A stretch of DNA of 64,000 nt from assembly GCA_963705255.1 (NCBI GenBank), contig OY970061.1, positions 288,001-352,000 on the forward strand, given 5' to 3'. Shown piece by piece: positions 41,230 to 50,068 of this stretch. This DNA comes from an uncultured Methanoregulaceae archaeon. Its GTDB lineage: Archaea > Halobacteriota > Methanomicrobia > Methanomicrobiales > Methanospirillaceae. The translations under genes were made by a program, and so were the position numbers. Position 1 is the first letter of the stretch. Each line of letters begins with the position of its first letter. The notes beneath the pieces are model-generated. The model did no database searches and was not told the DNA's origin. It saw nothing but the letters and a program-made list of their open reading frames with translations.

Positions 41230-42438
41230 CTAATTTGCTGTATCCAGCCTGACAACACTTGGATTTGTAAGTATTTCTACATTCAGCTGGGTCAGAGGAG
41301 CGGACGGGAAAATATAGCGTTTCAGAACGATGGGCTCCGTCTGGCCGCTCGACTGGTATACCATATTGGTAAACAGGGTATCACCGGGCACATCATTATC
41401 GCTGGTGATATTCTTTCCTTCGAGTGCCATGCTTTCTTCCAGACTCGTGCTTGAGGGTGATGACATCCAGGTCGTAGTCAGGCTCGTCGAACTCCCGGCT
41501 GTGGTATCATAGGTCGTGATGTACCATGCCTGCGTGGAGGAACTCCACTGCATCTGTCCTCTGATCGTATGGCCGGTGGAGACCGTTATTCGCGTGCTGT
41601 GGAAACTGTTTGTCCCTCTTACTGCCCAGCTGGCGATATCCCAATAATATCCGGTATCGATGTTATTCCATTCCAGTACCGGCTGGATGATCGCACGGTA
41701 TGCCGGATAATCTTCGATCGAGTTAAAGAGGAATATCGTCTTTGCAGCGGATCCGGTACCCGACCTAGAAACAGGAGATGCAGGGACATTCCAGTAACCA
41801 TCAAACAAGGTAAGCGGCAGGGAAGTTGTTGTACGGTCGTAGGCGTATTCGATCCAACCATAGAATGGAGTGGTCAGAGGAACGACACTTGACGTTGAGA
41901 CTTGATCTACCAGGGATTGTCCTTTGGCATCTGAATTCGTAAAGGCATCTTCATTAATCACAGTACAGATAACTTGGTTTTCGTAAATGACAAATGTCTT
42001 TTTCCCATTATCCGTGATGAATGCACCCGAAGGCACTTCAAAGACGTGAGACGCAGGGGAAGGGCCTTTCGGTGTGTTGATTATGCCGGAAGCTTTGTCA
42101 TTCACTTCGAAAATCTGTTTTCCTTTCTTATCGAAAACGCGTGTGATACCATCGTTCGAATGGTGAATAACAGCACCTGAAGGGACAGAGAATTTACCAT
42201 CGCCCTGATGGGTGATAACGGAAGATTCCCTGTCATCATTTGTCAAAAGGAATTCGCCGTTCATGACACCGGGCGTTTTTGAATAATCAAACTGAAGTGA
42301 TGGAATGGGAATTTTTTCCAGTTCAGCCAGCTTCCCGGGTTCTGGGATGGAAGACCCGTCAGCGCTCACCAGCGGTACCATCGCCATCGCTGCCAGCAGC
42401 AGTGCCAGCAGGACGACGCTCCATGTGCGTAGTTGCAT
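41230..42438 (-). CDS. Secreted protein: pro-region plus beta-rich C-terminal domain, possibly glutamic-peptidase (G1/neprosin)-like
   Basis: Signal peptide; 'WNVPASP', 'IFLFNSIE', 'IIQPVLEW' and 'MALEG' (Gln/Glu dyad candidates). Confidence 0.6.
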   Translation of the reverse strand: MQLRTWSVVLLALLLAAMAMVPLVSADGSSIPEPGKLAELEKIPIPSLQFDYSKTPGVMNGEFLLTNDDRESSVITHQGDGKFSVPSGAVIHHSNDGITRVFDKKGKQIFEVNDKASGIINTPKGPSPASHVFEVPSGAFITDNGKKTFVIYENQVICTVINEDAFTNSDAKGQSLVDQVSTSSVVPLTTPFYGWIEYAYDRTTTSLPLTLFDGYWNVPASPVSRSGTGSAAKTIFLFNSIEDYPAYRAIIQPVLEWNNIDTGYYWDIASWAVRGTNSFHSTRITVSTGHTIRGQMQWSSSTQAWYITTYDTTAGSSTSLTTTWMSSPSSTSLEESMALEGKNITSDNDVPGDTLFTNMVYQSSGQTEPIVLKRYIFPSAPLTQLNVEILTNPSVVRLDTAN

Positions 42439-42457
42439 TTCTTATACCTCCTTTCAT

Positions 42458-42730
42458 ACGCTACGCTCGCAAGGCACGGGAAAACCTTCATAGGATCGGA
42501 AGATAATGATCTCATGCCTACGGGCGGGACCGGGTCCAACGAAGTTCGTCGCTTGGTGGACCCGTCCTTTCTTTTCGGGACAACCCCCGGCTGTCCACGT
42601 ATGAGCGATTTATATTTCGTATATTTATTCTTTCTAGCCCATTCATCTACCGGTCAGGTTACAAAAAAACAAATGAAAAATTACTGAACGACAAAACGCA
42701 AATAGAATTATCTGAATTTGTTCAATTCTT
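42458..42730 (-). promoter_or_regulatory. Conserved promoter plus structured 5' leader, copy 2
   Basis: TATA-like element at ~42621-42635; predicted TSS ~42597; AGGAGGT RBS before ATG 42438. Confidence 0.8.
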
Positions 42731-42886
42731 GCGTTCGCCGGCTGATCCCAAACGGTTGGCGATCGCCCGGAGTTTGCTGCCCCCCCTTGCAAGTACAAGG
42801 CTGAGGCCCGTCCGACCCGGCACCGCCACCGGGCTGTATGTGTCCGTTCTTCGAACCACCAGAAAAAAGTTGATTAAATGTTTGAT

Positions 42887-43240
42887 TCACAGGATTTTGG
42901 ATTTCTCATGTTCAATTATAACGGCAATTTCTTTCTTCAACACCGGGATCTTGTGCTCAATGATATCCCAGAGGATCTCCAGGTCAACACCGAAATACCC
43001 GTGGATCAGGGTATCCCGGAATCCGGCAACAGATTTCCAGTCTGTAGCAGGAAACTGTGACTTCAGATCATCGCTTAAGTTCTTGACGGCTTCGCCGATG
43101 ACCTCGAAATTGCGAACAACCGCATCGACCCGCATCCGATCGTTTTTAAACTCCCCGAATGTCAGGTCACCAACATACGACAGGATATTCCCGACAACCT
43201 CCGAAATATCATTGAGATAGAGCAGCTGGGACCTATGCAT
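42887..43240 (-). CDS. HepT-like (DUF86) HEPN RNase toxin
   Basis: AVVRNFEVIGEA, W...AGFRDTLIHGYF. Confidence 0.9.
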   Translation of the reverse strand: MHRSQLLYLNDISEVVGNILSYVGDLTFGEFKNDRMRVDAVVRNFEVIGEAVKNLSDDLKSQFPATDWKSVAGFRDTLIHGYFGVDLEILWDIIEHKIPVLKKEIAVIIEHEKSKIL

Positions 43241-43517
43241 AGACAACGTCCTGCAGGATGGGATCGCGGATGAGGGGTTTGAGGGCAGCATCCGTCACCA
43301 GATCAACTTTCCGTTTGAAGAGGTCTTCGAGATAGAATTTTGTTCCCATAAAATTATCAAAGGTTTTTTTGCCATTCTGGAATGTGACGAGGATATCCAC
43401 ATCGCTGTCCATCCGCTCCTCTCCGCGTGCGAACGAGCCGAAGATGCCGATCTTCGCGACACCGAACCGGGCCTTCAGTTCCGGTTCATGCTGTCGGAGG
43501 AGTGCGAGTACGTCCAT
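43233..43517 (-). CDS. MNT (MntA-like) nucleotidyltransferase antitoxin
   Basis: IFGSFARGE...SDVDILV, KVDLVT. Confidence 0.92.
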   Translation of the reverse strand: MDVLALLRQHEPELKARFGVAKIGIFGSFARGEERMDSDVDILVTFQNGKKTFDNFMGTKFYLEDLFKRKVDLVTDAALKPLIRDPILQDVVYA

Positions 43518-43961
43518 ACAATTCCTGTATGTGAGTGGTTGGTCTGTTCTTATTATTAATGCATTGACGATGCAGAGATTTTTATTCATGGAGTTTTCCA
43601 ATTTCTTCAGCCCCCGGTTCATTAGCCACGCGATCACCGGCTCGTGCCAAATGGCCGTGCATTCACCGGCCCTGGCTGCCCCTTGCAAGAACCGGCCCAG
43701 GCCCCGTTTGCCCCATCATCGGCTCCCGGCCCCGCCACGCGATCTCCGGCCCGGCACCCACCCGGCCACTACTCTCAGTGGCATTCCCCACCTCCCCCGC
43801 ACTCCGGCCACCCCCCGCCGCCCGCGAACAAAGGGGGTGGGCATGTATCAGCACGAGCCATGGCCCCGCCGGTTCAGAATTCTGCCAGGGCTCCCCCCTT
43901 GACATTGACCACACCCTTATTGTACTGGAATCACCAAACACCATACTAAGAACGTGAACGC

Positions 43962-44285
43962 ATGCCCGAACTCGTCACACCGCTCAGGCAAAAAAGTCCT
44001 GTCATAAAAAAACTGGAAGCAGCAGCCCCGGCTATCCGCTCGCAGTTCGGAGTAACCAGGATCGGCATCTTCGGCTCGTTCGCCCGCGGCGAGCAGACCC
44101 GGAAGAGCGATGTGGACGTGCTCGTGGATTTTGCCGAAGGGTATGCAACCCTGAAAAACTTTGTCGGGCTTGCCGATCGCCTTGAAGCGCTCTTCAGGCG
44201 GAAAGTGGATCTCATCACGGTCGAGGGGGTTGACAAGTATATCCGCCCGGGAGTCGAGGCTGAGGTGATCTGGGTTGAAGGATGA
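43962..44285 (+). CDS. MNT nucleotidyltransferase antitoxin
   Basis: IFGSFARGEQ..SDVDVLV, KVDLIT. Confidence 0.92.
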   Translation: MPELVTPLRQKSPVIKKLEAAAPAIRSQFGVTRIGIFGSFARGEQTRKSDVDVLVDFAEGYATLKNFVGLADRLEALFRRKVDLITVEGVDKYIRPGVEAEVIWVEG

Positions 44286-44625
44286 CACGGTCTACCTCCG
44301 CCACATCCTTGACGAGATCCTTTTCCTGAAACGGATATCGCACGACCGGACTCTTGACGAGCTCATCAATGATGACTATTTTGCTCATGCGGTCCGGAGC
44401 GCGATCGAAGTAATCGGGGAAGCAGCAAAAAACGTACCCGACCGGATCAAAAAAGAAAGCCCGGAAATACCGTGGCGGGAGATGGCAGCACTTCGCAACC
44501 GGATCATTCACGGCTATTTCAGGATCGATTATTCCATTGTCTGGAATGTGATCGTCCAGGATCTCCCGGAGATTGAACCAAAAATTTCTGCACTTCTCCA
44601 GAGACTGGATGGCAGATCCGGATAA
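44275..44625 (+). CDS. HepT-like (DUF86) HEPN RNase toxin
   Basis: IEVIGEAAK, IPW...LRNRIIHGYF. Confidence 0.9.
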   Translation: MKDDTVYLRHILDEILFLKRISHDRTLDELINDDYFAHAVRSAIEVIGEAAKNVPDRIKKESPEIPWREMAALRNRIIHGYFRIDYSIVWNVIVQDLPEIEPKISALLQRLDGRSG

Positions 44626-44711
44626 CCGGGATGTGCTTCCGGAATGAATACAACATGTATTCAATTGAGTAAAAATGTATTCACCGGCAGGTCCGGGAAA
44701 GAGGAGGGAAG

Positions 44712-45362
44712 ATGCCAGAGAAATTTCATACCGAACTGAACCGGTTGAAAGAGGACATGCTGGACCTGGCCCGCTTTTCCAGGAATATGCTGTGCGACTC
44801 ACTCAAAGCCCTGACAACGGAAGATATCGAAGCAGCAAAGGAGGTCGCATCCCGTAAACGACATATCCAGGAGACGATGATCGAGCTCGAGGAACGGACA
44901 TACCAGCTGATTGCCCTCTACCAGCCGATGGCAAAGGATATGCGGGAGATCGCCTGCATGCTCAAGATCATCTCTTCGGCAGAACGGATCGGGAGATACG
45001 GCAAGGATATTGCAAACATGGTCAAGCGTGTCAAGGGCCAGCCCGAGTTTGTCCAGCCGCTCCCGATCGTCCATATGGCCGGGCTGGTTGAAGCGATGAT
45101 CAATGATGCCATCCGTGCGTTTGAAACCGAGAGCACCGGGCCCATCAAGGATTTCTCGACGCGCGACGATACCGTTGACTCGTTGTGGCATTCGATCCTC
45201 CGGGAGACGCTCACCTTCATGATGGAGAACCCGAAGACGATCACCCGGGGGACCTATTATGTCATGGTCGCACGGTATCTCGAACGGTCGGGCGACCATG
45301 CCTGCAAGATGGCAGAGAACGTCAATTACCTGGTGACCGGGGAACGGATCGAGATCAGATAA
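44712..45362 (+). CDS. phoU: Phosphate signalling protein PhoU
   Basis: IALYQPMAKDMR, AERIGRY, DDTVD, LERSGDHA. Confidence 0.92.
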   Translation: MPEKFHTELNRLKEDMLDLARFSRNMLCDSLKALTTEDIEAAKEVASRKRHIQETMIELEERTYQLIALYQPMAKDMREIACMLKIISSAERIGRYGKDIANMVKRVKGQPEFVQPLPIVHMAGLVEAMINDAIRAFETESTGPIKDFSTRDDTVDSLWHSILRETLTFMMENPKTITRGTYYVMVARYLERSGDHACKMAENVNYLVTGERIEIR

Positions 45363-45974
45363 TCCTTTACGTGCTTTGAAACCCGCTGGGAACCTCGTGC
45401 AGCCTGCATCGCAGACTTCAGTTTCTGCTCCAGCACTTCGCGGGGCGGGAGATCGGTAAGGTATTCAGAGACATGAATCCCGGATTTGTCGAGTTGCAGG
45501 AGACGGATCTGTTTCTGGTCCGCACCAGCACAAAGGATCAATCCAAGAGGTTGTTCCTCGCACGCTTCTTTCTCGTTCTGCTCAAGCAACCGGAGGTACA
45601 GTTCCATCTGTCCCTTGTATGCCCCATGATTAACAGTAGGATCGGGGTCCTCGATTCCAACATAGACTTCTTTTATCCGTGCAAGAACAATTCGCTCAGC
45701 GCAGCTGATTTTTGGATCATGCCGGGCTCCAGGAGCACAAGGCTCCAGAGTTGTAAAAAGAATGGAATTGTCCAGTAGGTTGCCCTGGTTTTTTCTTTCC
45801 AGGAGAGTATATTCCGCGTGATCACCATCGCGCGCCGCGATATGCCGCTTCAGTAGTACCGTCCGCTTTGTAAACAACCGCTCCTACTAATGGAGCCTCT
45901 TTGCCGTCCCGACGAGGCTCGTGCTCCGTATCTTTCATGGCGGAGATTGCCATCTCCATCAGGGGATTTTTCAC
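45326..45974 (-). pseudogene. Chimeric remnant: zinc-dependent deaminase N-domain fused to a DUF1016-like C-terminus
   Basis: PLVGAV..., HAE, TTLEPC...C, DPDP (deaminase), then GQMELYL...PLGLILC...IHVSEYLTDLP (DUF1016); frameshift at ~45832. Confidence 0.65.
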
Positions 45975-46013
45975 AAATCCACCTCCGTCATATTTTCGAA
46001 TTGAAATGGTGCA

Positions 46014-47854
46014 TCAATTCCCCTTCCTCCGCATGATTATTATACCGGCACATGCCCCTCCAATAATGGCGAGCCAGATTGAAATCGGCGTGGTTTGAGG
46101 GGTTGCCAACTTCTCATAAGAAATGACCTGAGTTCTTTCAGGTTCGGAATTCGTTGCATTACCCTCCCTGTTGAAGTAGTAAACATGCTTCAGAGATGTG
46201 GCGGCGAGATAGTTCCCCTCTCCTGATAGCTTCAGCCCTGTCATCCATTCGGGACTTGAATACTGCCAGAGTGGTTTTCCGGTGCTGTTAAATAAAACGA
46301 TTTTGTCGGAAATCCCTGCACCAGTAAATTGACCATCGCTTGAGAGGGAAATACTGGTAATCCATTCGTTATTCGTATGAGTCAGGGGATTGATATTCTC
46401 ATAACGCCACTCAGGCAATCCGGTCCGGTTGAATACGCTAAGATAGTATTGTGAACCTGCGGCAGCATGGTTTCCATCTGATGAGACAGAAACTGATTTA
46501 AATTGAGGTCCGCTGGTAAAATTCCATTGAGTCCGACCATCCCGGGAAAATACGAACAGTGTATGGTCGTCAATCACCGCATCAAGTTCTCCATCGTTTG
46601 AAACCCCGATTCCCGCAACAGCAGTTTCTACGGGGGATGTGAACAAGACAGTGCCATCATTGTCAATAACAGAAATCTTTCCCGGTATGCCCCGGTATCC
46701 TGCTACCACGCACGTGGACCCGTCTCCCGATACACTCATTAAACCGACCGGTTCTGAAAGATTGACCTTCGCTACGACAATTCCCTCTTTATTAATGATG
46801 GAAAGATCATTGTCCCACGAAGCGTACACATAATTTCCATCATCCGATGTCGCGATCGCCCGTAAAGTTCCATCGGGTATGAATTTCCAGATGATCGATC
46901 CGTTCCGATCGAATCGTATGATACTGCTCACGCTCTGCGGAGGACTCGGGGAGTCATAATAATATGCAGCCGTGACAAGACTTCCGTCGTTGGTGATTTT
47001 GACGTACCCGACAGGCTTTCCTGGCACCTGGTATGTCCAGAGGATGGCTCCACTGTTGTCATAAAGCCTGACAATTCCCATGTCGGATCCTGCCACAACA
47101 TAGTGCCCGTCATCAGAACACGAAGCTTAAAACACCTCCAAAGCCCAAGGAGTCTGACCAGATCGGTAGCGGAGACGTCGTTGAATTCGATCCATTACGA
47201 TAGATAGTAATGTTCCTCTTGAGAGATAACTCCCAGTACGGGTAGTAGTCCAGCTGCCCTCCTACCGGAGGATTGGTGTCGATGGGGAATGGACCTGCTT
47301 CGTATCCGGAAGTTGTTCGCAGTATAGTCACTGAACTTGGGATTGACTCCCCATCTCCCGGAACCTCAAGAGAAAACTCTGAATCACGAATAGAGTACCC
47401 CTTTGAAATTCCGTCGATGTATACTTCAGCTCCGTCTTCAGGCCAGTGTATGACATATCTTCGGGTCGAAGAATTTGACTGAGAATCGGGCTGCCGGATC
47501 TGGATCAGCTGAGGGTATACATCCTGGAATCCTCCGGACGGTGAGGAGGCGGGGAGGGTATCGGAGAAAACGGTGGTATTTCCAATAACAATGGAGTACT
47601 GATGTTCTTTAGATAAGATCCGGTCGTTTGCAGCAACAGTGAGAGCATTTTTTTCAATATTGCCTACAAAAATGTCATCGATATACACGCAGTACCTCTC
47701 CGTTCACCGGCCAGTGGATGATATAGTATCCCGTTACATTGGCGGAAGAACTGGAAATTCCTGATTGTGTATTTGTTCCCATTGCCCCCGAAATAAGTAT
47801 ACCGAACAAAAAAGAAATGAAAAATACCAGAATCCAGAATTTTGTTTTTTTCAT
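46014..47854 (-). CDS. Cell-surface protein: signal peptide, two PEGA-like domains, WD40/PQQ-like beta-propeller, C-terminal TM plus basic tail; two frameshifts (~47690, ~47125)
   Basis: MKKTKFWILVFF...; (A)EVYIDG repeats; SxDG...W propeller blades; ...PISIWLAIIGG...MRRKGN sorting-signal-like end. Confidence 0.7.
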
Positions 47855-47908
47855 TTGCTACTCCTTTATTTTTTATTGTAATATGTTTTTACAAAAAAAG
47901 TTGAATGC

Positions 47909-49276
47909 CTATAGGCGATAAATGAAGCTCGCCGATGGCTGGAAATCTTCCCAATAAACATTGTTCGATGCTGAGTCTGAGTAATATACTTTTTGTACAC
48001 CATTCCGTGAATCAAAACCATAACACGCTCTTGCGTGACCACTTGGCTTTGTCGGATTTATGTGTCCCGGGAGAGTAACGGTTTTCAAGGGGTACCCAAA
48101 TCCAATACTATTGGAAATTTCATAATAATACGGATTTCTTGACTGACGACCCCACGGACCAACGCCAATTCCTCCATTTAAATAGTCAGAATAATACTGG
48201 AATTCAGCATCTGCTGAGGGTGCCCCGGCATAGCCACTGAGATTAACCACTCCCATCTTTGTTGCTATCTGATTTGGAGTCTTTCCCTGTGAGATGATTC
48301 CTTTTATCCGGTAATATTCTGTCATTGACCAGGCAGCGAAAATCATGCACCAGTCTCTTGCTCCCTGATACTGGACCAGCTGAGGGCTTAGAACTCCATA
48401 GTTTGAGGAGGCAGCAAACCCTGACAAAATTGTGGTTTTTAACGATTCGGAGTTTTCATTTGAGGTTCCAAGATTGATGCTGATTTTCTGTGCGTTCATT
48501 TTTTCAGCAATTTTCAGGGCTGTAATTTTGTCAGTTACTTTGTTTATCCGGTCATTTTCTTTGTTCCAGAGCCCAATCCCCGATTGAGTATTTGCCTGAG
48601 GGATTGTGTCATAGTAGGAAAATTCTCTCTCCTTGCCTTGGGGAATTTCCTGATAATCTTTGAATATCGCATCAATCACAATTTTTTTGTTTTCCTTAGT
48701 TTGTGGATTCGTCAGTTCCGCCAGTAGTGCAAGATACGGACTATCGTAGCAGATCAATTTTGTAGACTGAATGGTGTATCCCGTGAAATTTGTCTTCACA
48801 ATTTCATTTGCCTTCATCACAAGACCGGGAACATCAATTTCCTGTGGCGAACTCGTCCCGACATATTTTATCGGCGAGCCAAGGACTTTACTTGCTGCAA
48901 CCCTGATCTTTCCGATTTTCTCACCATTTTTCTCGATCCAGAATTGGTAGAAAATTCTCTCTCCATTTAAGTCATAAATGGTGAGTGGTTCCGGATTGAG
49001 ATTTGCACCATCCCAATTGATAGAATCCCCCATAGTTTTCAGGGTGATTGTCTCGGCAAGCGATTCTGTCGCAAAATTCGTCGCAGTCTCAACTGAGATG
49101 TAATTTGCTGAAATCGATTCTTTTGAGACTGGCGGATTTATTACGGCCGAAGAAAGTGGGTCAGCCACTACAGCATTTTTGTTATATGTATCCGCACTCA
49201 CTATCGGTACCATCGCCATCGCTGCCAGCAGAAGTGCCAGCAGGACGACGCCAAATTTCAGTATTTTCATTTTCAC
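47909..49276 (-). CDS. Secreted protein with N-terminal pro-domain and C-terminal C39/papain-like cysteine peptidase domain
   Basis: Signal peptide; Q..DWC..AA and GHARACYGFD...YYSD (Q-C-H-D pattern). Confidence 0.7.
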   Translation of the reverse strand: MKMKILKFGVVLLALLLAAMAMVPIVSADTYNKNAVVADPLSSAVINPPVSKESISANYISVETATNFATESLAETITLKTMGDSINWDGANLNPEPLTIYDLNGERIFYQFWIEKNGEKIGKIRVAASKVLGSPIKYVGTSSPQEIDVPGLVMKANEIVKTNFTGYTIQSTKLICYDSPYLALLAELTNPQTKENKKIVIDAIFKDYQEIPQGKEREFSYYDTIPQANTQSGIGLWNKENDRINKVTDKITALKIAEKMNAQKISINLGTSNENSESLKTTILSGFAASSNYGVLSPQLVQYQGARDWCMIFAAWSMTEYYRIKGIISQGKTPNQIATKMGVVNLSGYAGAPSADAEFQYYSDYLNGGIGVGPWGRQSRNPYYYEISNSIGFGYPLKTVTLPGHINPTKPSGHARACYGFDSRNGVQKVYYSDSASNNVYWEDFQPSASFIYRL

Positions 49277-49293
49277 TTCCTCCTTTTTTCGAT

Positions 49294-49565
49294 ACGCTCC
49301 GCTCGGAAGGCACGGGATAAAATTTCATTTGGGAGAGGGAATTGTCACGCGCCTACGGGCGGGACCGGGTCTAACGAAGTTCGTCGCTTGGTGGACCCGT
49401 CCTTTCTTTTCGGGACAACCCCCGGCTGTCCACGTATGAGCGATTTATATTTCGTATATTTATTCTTTCTAGCCCAATCATCTACCGATCAGGTTACAAA
49501 AAAACAAATGAAAAATTACTGAACGACAAAACGCAAATAGAATTACCAGAATCTGCTGAATTCCT
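49294..49565 (-). promoter_or_regulatory. Conserved promoter plus structured 5' leader, copy 3
   Basis: Near-identical to copy 2 over ~190 bp; the third stem has a different interior but keeps the AGGC..GCCT closure. Confidence 0.8.
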
Positions 49566-49684
49566 GCGATCACCGGCTCGTGCCAAACAGCCGTGCATGA
49601 ACCGGCATCCGGCTGCCTCCTGCGAGTACCCCCGGGCCCCCGACACCCGGCAACTCAAAAGGATGATAACCAGAATAAAAAAAC

Positions 49685-49930
49685 CTATTGCCTGACGCAG
49701 AAGTGCCCGATGACGAGACTGTGCTTCGTATAGAGTTCGCAGGCCGGACAATAGCAGTTCAGCTCTTTCGGTGACGGGGCCGATGTTGTTCCGCGTGCGC
49801 AGAAGAGTGCGTCGGGCTGATATCGCTCAAGGGAATTATGTTTGTAGGTCGGGCATGCCCTGCAGGTATTCCTGCAGATCTGCCGGTTCTCTTCCGTATC
49901 CTCCACAATAGTCGTGTCGGTTTTCATCAT
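49685..49930 (-). CDS. DUF2769-type Cys-rich small protein
   Basis: C..CPTY...LFCARG...CYCPAC...HFC. Confidence 0.8.
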   Translation of the reverse strand: MMKTDTTIVEDTEENRQICRNTCRACPTYKHNSLERYQPDALFCARGTTSAPSPKELNCYCPACELYTKHSLVIGHFCVRQ

Positions 49931-50068
49931 AATGAGTGGATAGTGCGATGATGGATAATAGGCTTCTTGTAGATCGTTCCGGTTTTTACGGGAAAAAATC
50001 CTGGCCGCTCATTATCCTTCCGCCCTCCGGCTCCTGCCGAACGCTCCGCTCTCCGGAGACCGGATGCC

